Source of the DNA: a virus
Lineage: Duplodnaviria > Caudoviricetes
Length of the DNA: 47,994 nucleotides
IMG/VR virus record: IMGVR_UViG_3300033067_001069
Coordinates: 1-47,994 of that record
Reading direction: 5' to 3' (one strand)
The notes below the pieces were generated by a model. That model did no database searches. It was not told where the DNA came from and saw only the letters and a program-made list of their open reading frames with translations. Position 1 is the first letter of the stretch, and each line of letters starts with the position of its first letter. Positions 28,900 through 37,650 of the stretch are shown piece by piece. Both the position numbers and the translations under genes were made by a program.

Positions 28900-29626
28900 C
28901 TTTTTTAAAATTTCTTTCTATTTTGAGAATATTAGGAACGTATTTTAAGTTTTTAAGTCTTCCTGTCATAAAAGCATGAAATGATGCTGTTCTATTATAT
29001 GGAATCTTAAAAAATTTCGCAGCTTCTATTAAGCTTATAAATTCTAATTTGCTGCCATCTTTCATGGTAAATATCCATGTGAAAAACTCTTCACATATAC
29101 CAGACTTACGTCTTCTTTTTAATTTAGAATGCCATTCTTCAACTGATTCATTTGCATATCTACAATGCCAGCCGCGCGATTGATATAGTCTATGTAATGC
29201 TACACTTCGTAGTCCACTCTCAGAAATATTATTATTTCTACAAAATCTAGCTAAATTATTAATAATAAATTTTTGTCCATTTGGAGATACTATAATATAG
29301 TCTTTAGAATCATCAAAACACTTTGATTTACCATTTTCAGCTTTATCACAAATGTTATATCCTATTGTTCTATCATAGGGCTTATAGAAGTCTAAATAAA
29401 ATTGTTCTCTTTCTAAGAGAGAATTTTCTTCTACACTTTCTATAATCTCAAACTCAAAGTTTTCTTCTCCGTATTTTAAGAAGGCAGATTGAAGATATTT
29501 ATTATGATGTTTATTATTTTTGAGCGCCCAAATATGTTTACTATAACGCTGTATACAATCGTTTGAACTACCAATATAGATTTTTTTATTTTTTAAACAC
29601 GTTATTTTATAAATTCCAGATTTCAT
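28874..29626 (-). CDS. GIY-YIG homing endonuclease (free-standing)
   Basis: SGIYKITCLKNKKIYIGSS, HHNKYLQ, EQFYLD, GYN. Confidence 0.9.
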   Translation of the reverse strand: MKSGIYKITCLKNKKIYIGSSNDCIQRYSKHIWALKNNKHHNKYLQSAFLKYGEENFEFEIIESVEENSLLEREQFYLDFYKPYDRTIGYNICDKAENGKSKCFDDSKDYIIVSPNGQKFIINNLARFCRNNNISESGLRSVALHRLYQSRGWHCRYANESVEEWHSKLKRRRKSGICEEFFTWIFTMKDGSKLEFISLIEAAKFFKIPYNRTASFHAFMTGRLKNLKYVPNILKIERNFKKDEDYLKWK

Positions 29627-29655
29627 ATATTACTCCTTTTAAATGGAATTATGAT

Positions 29656-29907
29656 TTACGTGCTAATATCACTCTCATTAATTATCTCCACTTTAAATAA
29701 ACATGCTCTTTGCCAATACTCATTTAGATGGCTTTCAACTATCTCTATAGAGACTATATCTCCATCTGAGAAGTTTTTTACTAAAGTTTTCCATCTTTGT
29801 GTGATTTTTATCGGATTTTCCTCATTAGACACTAAAGTTACAAAAAAACTCCTACCAATCTGGACAGGAGTTTTATTATCATTACAATCATTCATTATAT
29901 TTTCCAT
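29656..29907 (-). CDS. hypothetical protein
   Basis: 83 aa ORF on the coding strand. Confidence 0.5.
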   Translation of the reverse strand: MENIMNDCNDNKTPVQIGRSFFVTLVSNEENPIKITQRWKTLVKNFSDGDIVSIEIVESHLNEYWQRACLFKVEIINESDIST

Positions 29908-29931
29908 TACGCCATTTTGGAATACCTCAAC

Positions 29932-30600
29932 CTAGTCCAAACGTGCTAAAATTCTAGAAATAATTCCACTACGTTGAATATCTTCAGGTCCAAGTCTAAC
30001 AATTCCAACGCCCTCAACTCCCTCTAACTTATCCATACATATGGAAAGTGGATTTACATCCAAGTGTAGGTCGCTTTGTCGGACGTCGCCATTTATAACA
30101 GCTTTAGTATTCTTTCCAATACGGGTTAGAAACATCTTAAGTTGGTCATAACTTGCATTTTGTGCTTCGTCCAAAATCATAAAGGTATCGTGGAAGTTAC
30201 GACCCCTCATATATTCAAGGGGGACCACATCAACAATACCTTTACTTAACATATTCTCAACATCAAATTGATGGAAGTATATATTCATTTCATCGAGGAT
30301 TGGGATTAAGTATGGATGTACTTTCTCCAAGAGATTCCCAGGAAGAAAACCTAATCCCTTCTTTGAGGTTTCAACGATAGGTCTAGTTATTACTATCCTT
30401 GTAATTTTACCTTCTGCTAACCATGAACATCCAAGGCCAACTGAACAACTTGTCTTACCTGTTCCAGCTACCCCAGTACAAAAAGTAACATCATTTTCAA
30501 TCATTGACCGAACATATGTATTTTGATTTATTGTACGTGGTTTAAACTCCTTTTGGATTTGAACATACTTTGGATTCTGGGCCTTTTTCTTGTTACTCAT
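29932..30600 (-). CDS. phoH: PhoH family protein
   Basis: GVAGTGKT, LGFLPG, YMRGRNF, LDEAQN, LTRIG, GDVRQSD. Confidence 0.95.
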   Translation of the reverse strand: MSNKKKAQNPKYVQIQKEFKPRTINQNTYVRSMIENDVTFCTGVAGTGKTSCSVGLGCSWLAEGKITRIVITRPIVETSKKGLGFLPGNLLEKVHPYLIPILDEMNIYFHQFDVENMLSKGIVDVVPLEYMRGRNFHDTFMILDEAQNASYDQLKMFLTRIGKNTKAVINGDVRQSDLHLDVNPLSICMDKLEGVEGVGIVRLGPEDIQRSGIISRILARLD

Positions 30601-31157
30601 ACGATGAAATTTCTCCATTGTGGTGGAATATGCTCACGTAAAGCAAGTTTATTATAATATGCTTTAGCTTGAGTGATTTTCTTAGGTTCTCTTATTAGTT
30701 TCATTCCTGCTTCTTTTGGCGTCCTATCAGCTTTCAATTGATTACATCTTATACAAGAGAGGACAGTATTCTCAAAACTATCGCATTTATATGGATATTT
30801 ACCATCTACCCATCTAGATTGAGGGATAATATGGTCAATAGTTTTCTGATTATGCTTCACTTTCTTTCCACAGTATTGACATATACCTAAATCTCTCGCG
30901 TATACGTTTGACTTTGAGTATGGGGCAATTTTATGTTTTTGGGGTGGAATTTTTGTAAGAACTAATACAGCAGGTAACTCATATTTATTACCTTTACCAT
31001 CGCGAAGCAACATATCATGTTTCAGAATATCTCCATTTATGGCGTGAACTGTATTTACTTCCCCGCCCTTAAACATTTTATATACGGCCTTTTTCCACGG
31101 CCATACATCATGTGGCTCGTAAGCATTATTCAAAATAAGTACATCATACTTTCCCAT
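30597..31157 (-). CDS. HNH endonuclease (McrA-like)
   Basis: RDLGICQYCG, TIDHIIP, CIRCNQLK. Confidence 0.88.
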   Translation of the reverse strand: MGKYDVLILNNAYEPHDVWPWKKAVYKMFKGGEVNTVHAINGDILKHDMLLRDGKGNKYELPAVLVLTKIPPQKHKIAPYSKSNVYARDLGICQYCGKKVKHNQKTIDHIIPQSRWVDGKYPYKCDSFENTVLSCIRCNQLKADRTPKEAGMKLIREPKKITQAKAYYNKLALREHIPPQWRNFIV

Positions 31158-31197
31158 ATAAACCTTTCAAATTTTGGATATATGAATACTTTTCCCT

Positions 31198-32052
31198 CTA
31201 TTCATAATCCCTAATAGCTAAAGCAATTGGATGGCGAGGAATACCATCATTAGTATAACCAAAAAATCGGACAGATACCTTATCACCTGGAACAAGTACG
31301 CCATCACAAAAATCATCCCAGATTTGGGAGCGGAATTCATCAGAACCTTTAGGTTTAACAGCAAAGTCCTTACCATCCTTAGTCTTACAAATTAATGAGC
31401 ATTGTCCAGCTTGTTTACCCTTATTTTCTTCTGCACCAATCAGCTCAAATTCCTCATCCATAAATTCTTTGTATTTCTGAAGATTATAAGACCTTTTATC
31501 AATCTCATAACCACCCTCTCTATTTCTTATTATACACCCCTCATAACCATCATTTACAAATGATTCGTGAAATATACTAACTTCTTGTCTAGACAGCAAT
31601 GGAAGTGTATCAACAACTTGTACTAATGGTGCTGTTCCATTTAATAGAGAAAGAAGTGTGGTATATCTATCCGCAAATCCGCTCTCATCTATCATATCAT
31701 ACACATGATACTGTATTAATGATGAATCGGGAACTGGCTTGTCCCGCCGAATTAACGACACCAGCTTTTGGAAGTTTGCTTTAAACGCATGGTTGTATAG
31801 CTCGCCGTCAAGTATATAACCCTTTTCCAGAATTGGAGTTAGGATTGGTGTAAGATGTTCCAGGGTAGCGAACTCTTTGCCCTGCCGGGACATATACACT
31901 ACTTTTTTCCTATTAACATCATAGTAGGCAATACATCGACAGTTATGTACTAATATTCCATTTGCATAATAATTATTATTATCTTCTACCTCAATATTAA
32001 ATCTATCGTAAGACTCATTTAGTTCTTCTATTTTCAATATTTTTGATTTCAT
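31198..32052 (-). CDS. ATP-dependent DNA ligase C-terminal piece preceded by split-intein IntC (37 aa, 31942-32052)
   Basis: ..NYYANGILVHN|CRC, SRQGK, LDGELY, YEGCIIR, KYKEF, PRHP. Confidence 0.9.
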   Translation of the reverse strand: MKSKILKIEELNESYDRFNIEVEDNNNYYANGILVHNCRCIAYYDVNRKKVVYMSRQGKEFATLEHLTPILTPILEKGYILDGELYNHAFKANFQKLVSLIRRDKPVPDSSLIQYHVYDMIDESGFADRYTTLLSLLNGTAPLVQVVDTLPLLSRQEVSIFHESFVNDGYEGCIIRNREGGYEIDKRSYNLQKYKEFMDEEFELIGAEENKGKQAGQCSLICKTKDGKDFAVKPKGSDEFRSQIWDDFCDGVLVPGDKVSVRFFGYTNDGIPRHPIALAIRDYE

Positions 32053-32188
32053 TGAGTATAAATTCCTCACACTTTTGTCTATTTGATGTAAACATATATT
32101 CCCAAACTATTATTAGGTCAAATCCAAATGACTTAATATGCTCTTCTCTATTTCTACGTAAAATTGATGGTCTACCTGTTAAAATCAA
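32015..32188 (-). pseudogene. 57 aa remnant of a Vsr/DUF559-like homing endonuclease between the ligase halves
   Basis: TTG-started frame LILTGRPSILRRNREEHIKSFGFDLIIVWEY.. retains only a C-terminal GF..IVWE motif. Confidence 0.55.
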
Positions 32189-32852
32189 TTATTTCATCAC
32201 CTTTTAACTCATCAACTCTACGATAAACCTTTAATTCTGGCAACCAGACTGGATGATTTCCAGTTACTATTAACTCGGCGCCTGAGTCAGTGGTTATCTT
32301 AAACCACTTTGTAGATTCATTATTCTCCTTATTTAGAAAATGATGTACTACTTTTTTGAATTCCTTTTTACCTGCCTTACTTTTAGATAAAACATGGCAT
32401 TTAATTTTGTTAGATACTATATCTCCAATTTTCATTGGACCATATTCCTTAGTTATAAGGACTGTATTATATTCAACACATCCATCAAATTTCCTTTGGA
32501 TTAGGGCGGGAAACTTTATTTTATCGGCGTGTTCACTGAATTTCTGGGCGAGCATTGGACGAAAAGGCTTCTCTTGAGGAATATTTTCTGTGTAACCCTT
32601 TCTATCACGTTGCTTCTTCCAAAGCGAATTCGCTTCTAGGCCAGCCTGTTGAAGGGCGGAAGTCTCATTAGACTTGCCAACATTTTTTCCATATTCAATA
32701 GTAGTTGTTGTGCTTTGAATTTTTCCGCCGACCTGTCCATGCTTAATTGTATATCTGGCCCCTACAACGTCTGGCCCATAACAAATAGACCATTCTTGAA
32801 CCTTTCCAGTACTTGAAAGCTTATACAAAGTTGGTAAAGTAACTACACCCAT
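32172..32852 (-). CDS. ATP-dependent DNA ligase N-terminal piece followed by split-intein IntN (102 aa, 32175-32480)
   Basis: PMLAQ, motif I QRKFDG|CVEYNT..VTGNHPVW..then stop. Confidence 0.9.
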   Translation of the reverse strand: MGVVTLPTLYKLSSTGKVQEWSICYGPDVVGARYTIKHGQVGGKIQSTTTTIEYGKNVGKSNETSALQQAGLEANSLWKKQRDRKGYTENIPQEKPFRPMLAQKFSEHADKIKFPALIQRKFDGCVEYNTVLITKEYGPMKIGDIVSNKIKCHVLSKSKAGKKEFKKVVHHFLNKENNESTKWFKITTDSGAELIVTGNHPVWLPELKVYRRVDELKGDEIIDFNR

Positions 32853-33325
32853 TCTGGTTTCTCCCTTTTCTTCCATCGACAATCAATATTTTTCATTTTA
32901 TCAAGTCTATAGTAGGCTCTATATGAGTTAACTACTGTACTTCTATGGTAGGCAATTGACATACATTTTGGTGGGTCACTCCACCCCGCATCCGGAATAG
33001 TTGGCTGATACGTCTCTAATAAACGTAGTATTTGCTCAGTTAAATGTTCTTTTTCATAACGGAAGGTATATTCATCACATAGTGCTTTAGCATGTTCCAT
33101 CAGCCAATTATAATGTTGAATAGATGTTCTAACCCAGATAGAACACGGATGGTTTTTGTGGGTTAAAGAATATAGATTGTGAACGTATTCCTTATTTTTA
33201 TTTGGATAATAGTAGTGAGCGGAGCATAATAATTGTCCACTTTCTAATACCATCTTCACCACATGACGATTACACATGGCCTGTGCTGCTTTAATTGGAC
33301 ACTCATCAAGGTAAAAGATGTTCAT
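32843..33325 (-). CDS. pyrimidine dimer DNA glycosylase (DenV-like family)
   Basis: MNIFYLD, HVVKMVLESGQLL, THKNHPCSIW, YRAYY. Confidence 0.8.
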   Translation of the reverse strand: MNIFYLDECPIKAAQAMCNRHVVKMVLESGQLLCSAHYYYPNKNKEYVHNLYSLTHKNHPCSIWVRTSIQHYNWLMEHAKALCDEYTFRYEKEHLTEQILRLLETYQPTIPDAGWSDPPKCMSIAYHRSTVVNSYRAYYRLDKMKNIDCRWKKREKPEWV

Positions 33326-33914
33326 ATTTATTTACGTAATTCCCAAAAACAAAGGTTTGTCCATTATTACTATCTACGACCACTTGGAATAGATGTCGTA
33401 GTTTTTGCATATCAGTGCGAAAAATCTTAGCGACGTACTTTCCATAATACTGGGACCAATACACATCAGCATAACATACCGTACCAAATTCCAATGGCTT
33501 TAATGTTACTCTCATAGGCGTAAAGTTTCTACAATCAAGGAATAGTATAGCGTGCCCCTCTTCATATTTTATATTTAGAGAGTTTGATTTTGGAGCGGCA
33601 TAAATAACAATCCTTTTCCCATCGTCTAACTCTGCTAGGGCGGGGGTTCCCGCCCTTAATAGGGAAAGAATATCAGTGGTCTGTATACGCTCCGACGATG
33701 ACACATGAATGTCTATAGCATCCGTATGCCTGAATTCGTGGGCGCCGAACATAGGAATTATTCGGCGGACATTCTGTAAATTTCTAGATAGATGCTCAAT
33801 ATGAACTCTATCTGCTTCCACATGGTATTGATAATACTGGTATTGGCCCGCGTTCTTTACTTCAACGTCCGCTCCCAAACAGCTTATCATACTTATCAAT
33901 ATTCCGGTAATCAT
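33306..33914 (-). CDS. hypothetical protein with putative signal peptide
   Basis: Hydrophobic N-terminus MITGILISMISCLGA. Confidence 0.55.
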   Translation of the reverse strand: MITGILISMISCLGADVEVKNAGQYQYYQYHVEADRVHIEHLSRNLQNVRRIIPMFGAHEFRHTDAIDIHVSSSERIQTTDILSLLRAGTPALAELDDGKRIVIYAAPKSNSLNIKYEEGHAILFLDCRNFTPMRVTLKPLEFGTVCYADVYWSQYYGKYVAKIFRTDMQKLRHLFQVVVDSNNGQTFVFGNYVNKYEHLLP

Positions 33915-34320
33915 TTGTTAATCCTTTTGGAAAGTCAAGTCTTTTGAATCTATAAAGTTTTCCGCGTTCAGTAATGGGGAACTCATCCCGCTGAATTAGT
34001 TCTGGGTCGTAATTAGTCCATGTTTCTACAAAAGAGCGGACATAGTAAGTTGTCTGTCTATATGTTGGGTGCCGACTAATAATAAGTTTATAACACCCTT
34101 CTTTTTTCTCTATTAATAGAATTATAGGATTAGTCATCCAGGCAATTACTCTATGTTTATTTAAGCTTGGAATCCATTGGTGGATTATAATTTGTTCTAT
34201 ACCATTATCAATATGAGTATTGAACTCAATATATCCATCAATATAGAACTCTGGATAATATTTATCTACTACTTTTCCATCAGAGATGGACGCAGATAAT
34301 AAAAGTAGGATTGCGTACAT
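33862..34320 (-). CDS. hypothetical protein with putative signal peptide
   Basis: MYAILLLLSASIS N-terminus. Confidence 0.55.
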   Translation of the reverse strand: MYAILLLLSASISDGKVVDKYYPEFYIDGYIEFNTHIDNGIEQIIIHQWIPSLNKHRVIAWMTNPIILLIEKKEGCYKLIISRHPTYRQTTYYVRSFVETWTNYDPELIQRDEFPITERGKLYRFKRLDFPKGLTNDYRNIDKYDKLFGSGR

Positions 34321-34580
34321 TACTTTGGTAGGCTATCGCCAGTATTTTTTCTATGATTTCTAATAGCTTTCCGGTAGTCTGGAAGACTATCATCGTCTTC
34401 CGATGTTCCATGTACGGACACAACTTCCCAACCATCTTCCCAAATATCATTTTCCTTTAATTGGAGTATTCTTCCTACAACGGCGTACATTTCTGGAATG
34501 TATGTTACTTGAGTATGTTCACCATTACTAGTTATTTTTCGTACTTTTACCTGTCGGTATTTCATGTTATAATACCCCAT
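34320..34580 (-). CDS. hypothetical protein
   Basis: 86 aa ORF coupled to neighbours. Confidence 0.6.
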   Translation of the reverse strand: MGYYNMKYRQVKVRKITSNGEHTQVTYIPEMYAVVGRILQLKENDIWEDGWEVVSVHGTSEDDDSLPDYRKAIRNHRKNTGDSLPK

Positions 34581-35026
34581 TCAATGGATGCCATATAATA
34601 TTTTTCATTAACGTCATTCGGAAATCGTACTTTCCATGGGATTCTTTCTTCAAGAGCTACTGGAATACTTAAATCTTCAGATGTATAAAATTCAACATCC
34701 TCTAAATATTTTAGATTGAGTATTTTTATTTTATTTTGATAAGATATAGGGTAGTTTGGACTAATTGCGTGTATAAAATATATTTTACTATTGCTATAAT
34801 AGCAGCCCTGTACAGTATACTTACTGTATGGATTAATTCCAGGCATATTATATATTCTGGAAAATTTACCCTCTCTTTTAAACATGAAGTAATTCCATTT
34901 AACTTCATTTGGATAAAGATACTTCGTGATGGATGTTATTTTATTTGGTTGTAAAGTAGCCTCACATCCAGTAATGCCAAGTGTAGCGGCAGCTACCCCC
35001 AGCCCAAAATCTCGGCGGTTTAACAT
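34562..35026 (-). CDS. putative Tat-exported lipoprotein, paralog A
   Basis: MLNRRDFGLGVAAATLGITGC: twin-arginine plus lipobox-like Cys. Confidence 0.65.
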   Translation of the reverse strand: MLNRRDFGLGVAAATLGITGCEATLQPNKITSITKYLYPNEVKWNYFMFKREGKFSRIYNMPGINPYSKYTVQGCYYSNSKIYFIHAISPNYPISYQNKIKILNLKYLEDVEFYTSEDLSIPVALEERIPWKVRFPNDVNEKYYMASIEWGIIT

Positions 35027-35035
35027 GTTTTACCT

Positions 35036-35500
35036 TTATGAAATAGTCCTATATTGAATATATCCATCCTTACGAATGTCATTATTAAAATTTGGAAATC
35101 TCGTATTAAACGGAATAGGTTTTGATATTTTAGATGGTCTTGAAAGGTCTTCATTTGTAGAAAATAAAACCTTTTCTAGATATTTGGAGCCAATGATACG
35201 AATTATATGAGTAGCAGATATTCTTTCTTCCATATATTCAGGTATAGCACATATATCATATATATGACCATTACTAAAATAGTAACCGTACGAATAGTAA
35301 GGACTATACGGATTAATCCCAGGAATTTTACATAGTTCTAGACCATTTTTTTCCCTATCAAATCCAAAATGGAACCATCCAACTTCGCTGACATGGAGGT
35401 ATTTGGTTATGTTTTTAACATTTTGTGCAGGAGTTTCACATCCAATAGTACTAAGGGTCGCCGCAGCTACCCCAATTCCAAAGTCTCGTCTAGTTAACAT
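35036..35500 (-). CDS. putative Tat-exported lipoprotein, paralog B
   Basis: ATG 35500: MLTRRDFGIGVAAATLSTIGC; shares ITKYL, PGINPYS, KYLE, EDLS, RFPN with paralog A. Confidence 0.65.
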   Translation of the reverse strand: MLTRRDFGIGVAAATLSTIGCETPAQNVKNITKYLHVSEVGWFHFGFDREKNGLELCKIPGINPYSPYYSYGYYFSNGHIYDICAIPEYMEERISATHIIRIIGSKYLEKVLFSTNEDLSRPSKISKPIPFNTRFPNFNNDIRKDGYIQYRTIS

Positions 35501-35966
35501 ACTTTCTCCTTCCAAAATCGCTGTCATTACATTTCCAGCTATCGGCCCAATAGGGTTTATATACATCGGGCATTACTTTTAATAATAGTGGTTGTGGACC
35601 AAGAGATGAATCCCATTGTAAATACCCATCAAAATCATCAATGAATATATCTATTCCAAGTTCTTTTATTAGAATAGCCTTTGCCATATTACCGTATTTT
35701 TCATAATCAGCACAATATACATTCTCTGGTAATACGGTTACAAAGTTTAAATCACTAACACCGTCATAGATAAATCCATTATTTCTTAATATATGAATAA
35801 CTGAATCTTTTGGATGTTGGTCTGTAATAATAAAAATATTTTTTATCTCATCACCCCAATCCCCATCACAACTTCTATGCATTGGGAATCTAAACCTTTG
35901 CATAATATCCCAAAAAACTTCAGGATATTTAGATATTACTCCACCTATATCTAGACCTATTTTCAT
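35490..35966 (-). CDS. HAD-superfamily-like protein
   Basis: KIGLDIGGVI, IIT, K..IFIDD. Confidence 0.55.
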   Translation of the reverse strand: MKIGLDIGGVISKYPEVFWDIMQRFRFPMHRSCDGDWGDEIKNIFIITDQHPKDSVIHILRNNGFIYDGVSDLNFVTVLPENVYCADYEKYGNMAKAILIKELGIDIFIDDFDGYLQWDSSLGPQPLLLKVMPDVYKPYWADSWKCNDSDFGRRKYVN

Positions 35967-35967
35967 C

Positions 35968-36156
35968 TTAACAAAGTACCTCCATATCAATTTCCTCAGA
36001 ATTAAAATATGTTATACTATAACCATTATAAAAGTCATTACCAGCACTAGTATATCTAACAATACTCACTAAAGTTCCACTAGTTTTTTCAAGAATTTGA
36101 ACAAATTTGATTACGTCGGAATATCTATATACGTCAATATGAAATAAATTATTCAT
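35968..36156 (-). CDS. hypothetical protein
   Basis: 62 aa ORF with AGGA RBS. Confidence 0.5.
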   Translation of the reverse strand: MNNLFHIDVYRYSDVIKFVQILEKTSGTLVSIVRYTSAGNDFYNGYSITYFNSEEIDMEVLC

Positions 36157-36168
36157 TATATTTGTTTC

Positions 36169-36492
36169 CTAACGATTATCTCCATTACCACGTAATGTAT
36201 TATTCTGCTTTCTATTATTTAGTTTTTCTACGTTTCTTAGAAAAACGTCTTCTAAAGACAATTCTAGTTCAGTTGCTATTCTAGCTAAATAGTAGCACAC
36301 ATCTCCAAGTTCATCTTTTAATTCATTTCTTAATGAAGATGTCATCGTATAGTCGCCGCGTAGTATTTTTTTTACCTTATTACATAACTCGCCTGATTCG
36401 CCAGCGAGTCCCAATGTAGTATATTCTAACCCTTTATCTTTTGGATAAATCGCAGTAGAATCTGTCCATTTTTGATATTCATTAAAGTCCAT
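36169..36492 (-). CDS. MazG-like nucleotide pyrophosphohydrolase
   Basis: FNEYQ, LGLAGESGE, KVKK, ELGDVCYY, NVEKL..R..GNGDNR. Confidence 0.9.
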   Translation of the reverse strand: MDFNEYQKWTDSTAIYPKDKGLEYTTLGLAGESGELCNKVKKILRGDYTMTSSLRNELKDELGDVCYYLARIATELELSLEDVFLRNVEKLNNRKQNNTLRGNGDNR

Positions 36493-36823
36493 TATGTTCT
36501 CCATCTTGTATTTTATTTTCATCTTCCTTCATCATATGTAGGAATTGTATCTTCCTATTAAGACTATAAAGTGTTTCAGCGCGTATACCACTATAAAATC
36601 TACACATAAATCCATCTACAACACCCTTAGATTCCGACATAACAATAATCTCATCTTTAGTAGCATTATGACATACTACTAATCTATCATTATCCCAAAC
36701 AAAAGTTTTATATACACTATCTGGAATGTCTCTTTTTATAGTCTCAGAATACAGACATTCACTGTTTAGGATAGAGTCATCTACTCCATAGAGTAGAGTT
36801 ATAATCGCTTGATATGGTATGCA
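36482..36823 (-). pseudogene. 113-codon open frame lacking a canonical start; apparent paralog of the upstream gene
   Basis: CIPYQAIITLLYGVDD..VVDGFMCRFYSGIRAETLYSLNRK resembles 36824-37144; the RBS-linked ATG is 1 nt out of frame. Confidence 0.5.
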
Positions 36824-37144
36824 TTAATTCCTCTCAAACATTCCTAATTTCTTATTTTCTAATGAATAGAATTTATCCGCAAATAACGCGTCCATAAAAC
36901 CTACGGAAAATCCATAAACAGTATCATAGGACATTCCAACAATATAAAGACTATCTTTTTCTCGGTGCCATGAAATATGCGGAATATCCAATGGTTTCCC
37001 ATCAAAGTATGACCTATCCAAAACTATTTGTTCTGGCATGTTATGACATGCTCTTGTTTTATCCAAATTATCAAATTCATCATATTCAAGTTTGATTGTA
37101 ACTCTCCAACACTTCACTAATTCTGGTTTAGGTTCATTTTCCAT
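36824..37144 (-). CDS. hypothetical protein
   Basis: 106 aa ORF with GGAG RBS. Confidence 0.6.
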   Translation of the reverse strand: MENEPKPELVKCWRVTIKLEYDEFDNLDKTRACHNMPEQIVLDRSYFDGKPLDIPHISWHREKDSLYIVGMSYDTVYGFSVGFMDALFADKFYSLENKKLGMFERN

Positions 37145-37629
37145 TATTCATCTACTCCTATTGTAAGGTATCCTTGAAAGTATATATTTCCCTTCATATT
37201 CTCCAATACTAATTCCTTACTTGCGAAGTTATTATACGTTCTTGTAATAGCTTCTAATGGAACTCCATGTGAATTCCTCTTAAAACATTCCTCGGGATTT
37301 TTAGCCCACGGCGTGGCCGCCTCTACAATATAGATAGAGGATTTATGTTCTACTCCAATATCAACGTATGTCTTTATTTCTTTCCATGTAATATTCGTGT
37401 TATCGACAATAACTGAAATATTATCCTTTAAATGGAAGGATGTATTTTCTTGATTCAACTTATGATAATGACCAAGTTTAGTTCTATCAAATAGATATTT
37501 ACCATCAACCATAAAATAGTTATCAGTTGAACAAATATTCGTAAATTGCTCATTCAATTCCCGTAACTTCTGAGCAAGAAAGGACTTCCCGCTACCAGGA
37601 AGTCCCCTCATAATAAATAATGATGACAT
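37144..37629 (-). CDS. AAA_33/N4BP2-like P-loop polynucleotide kinase
   Basis: MRGLPGSGKS, STDNYF, VDNTN, RNSHGVP. Confidence 0.85.
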   Translation of the reverse strand: MSSLFIMRGLPGSGKSFLAQKLRELNEQFTNICSTDNYFMVDGKYLFDRTKLGHYHKLNQENTSFHLKDNISVIVDNTNITWKEIKTYVDIGVEHKSSIYIVEAATPWAKNPEECFKRNSHGVPLEAITRTYNNFASKELVLENMKGNIYFQGYLTIGVDE

Positions 37630-37650
37630 ATGAATTATATCCTTCCAAAG

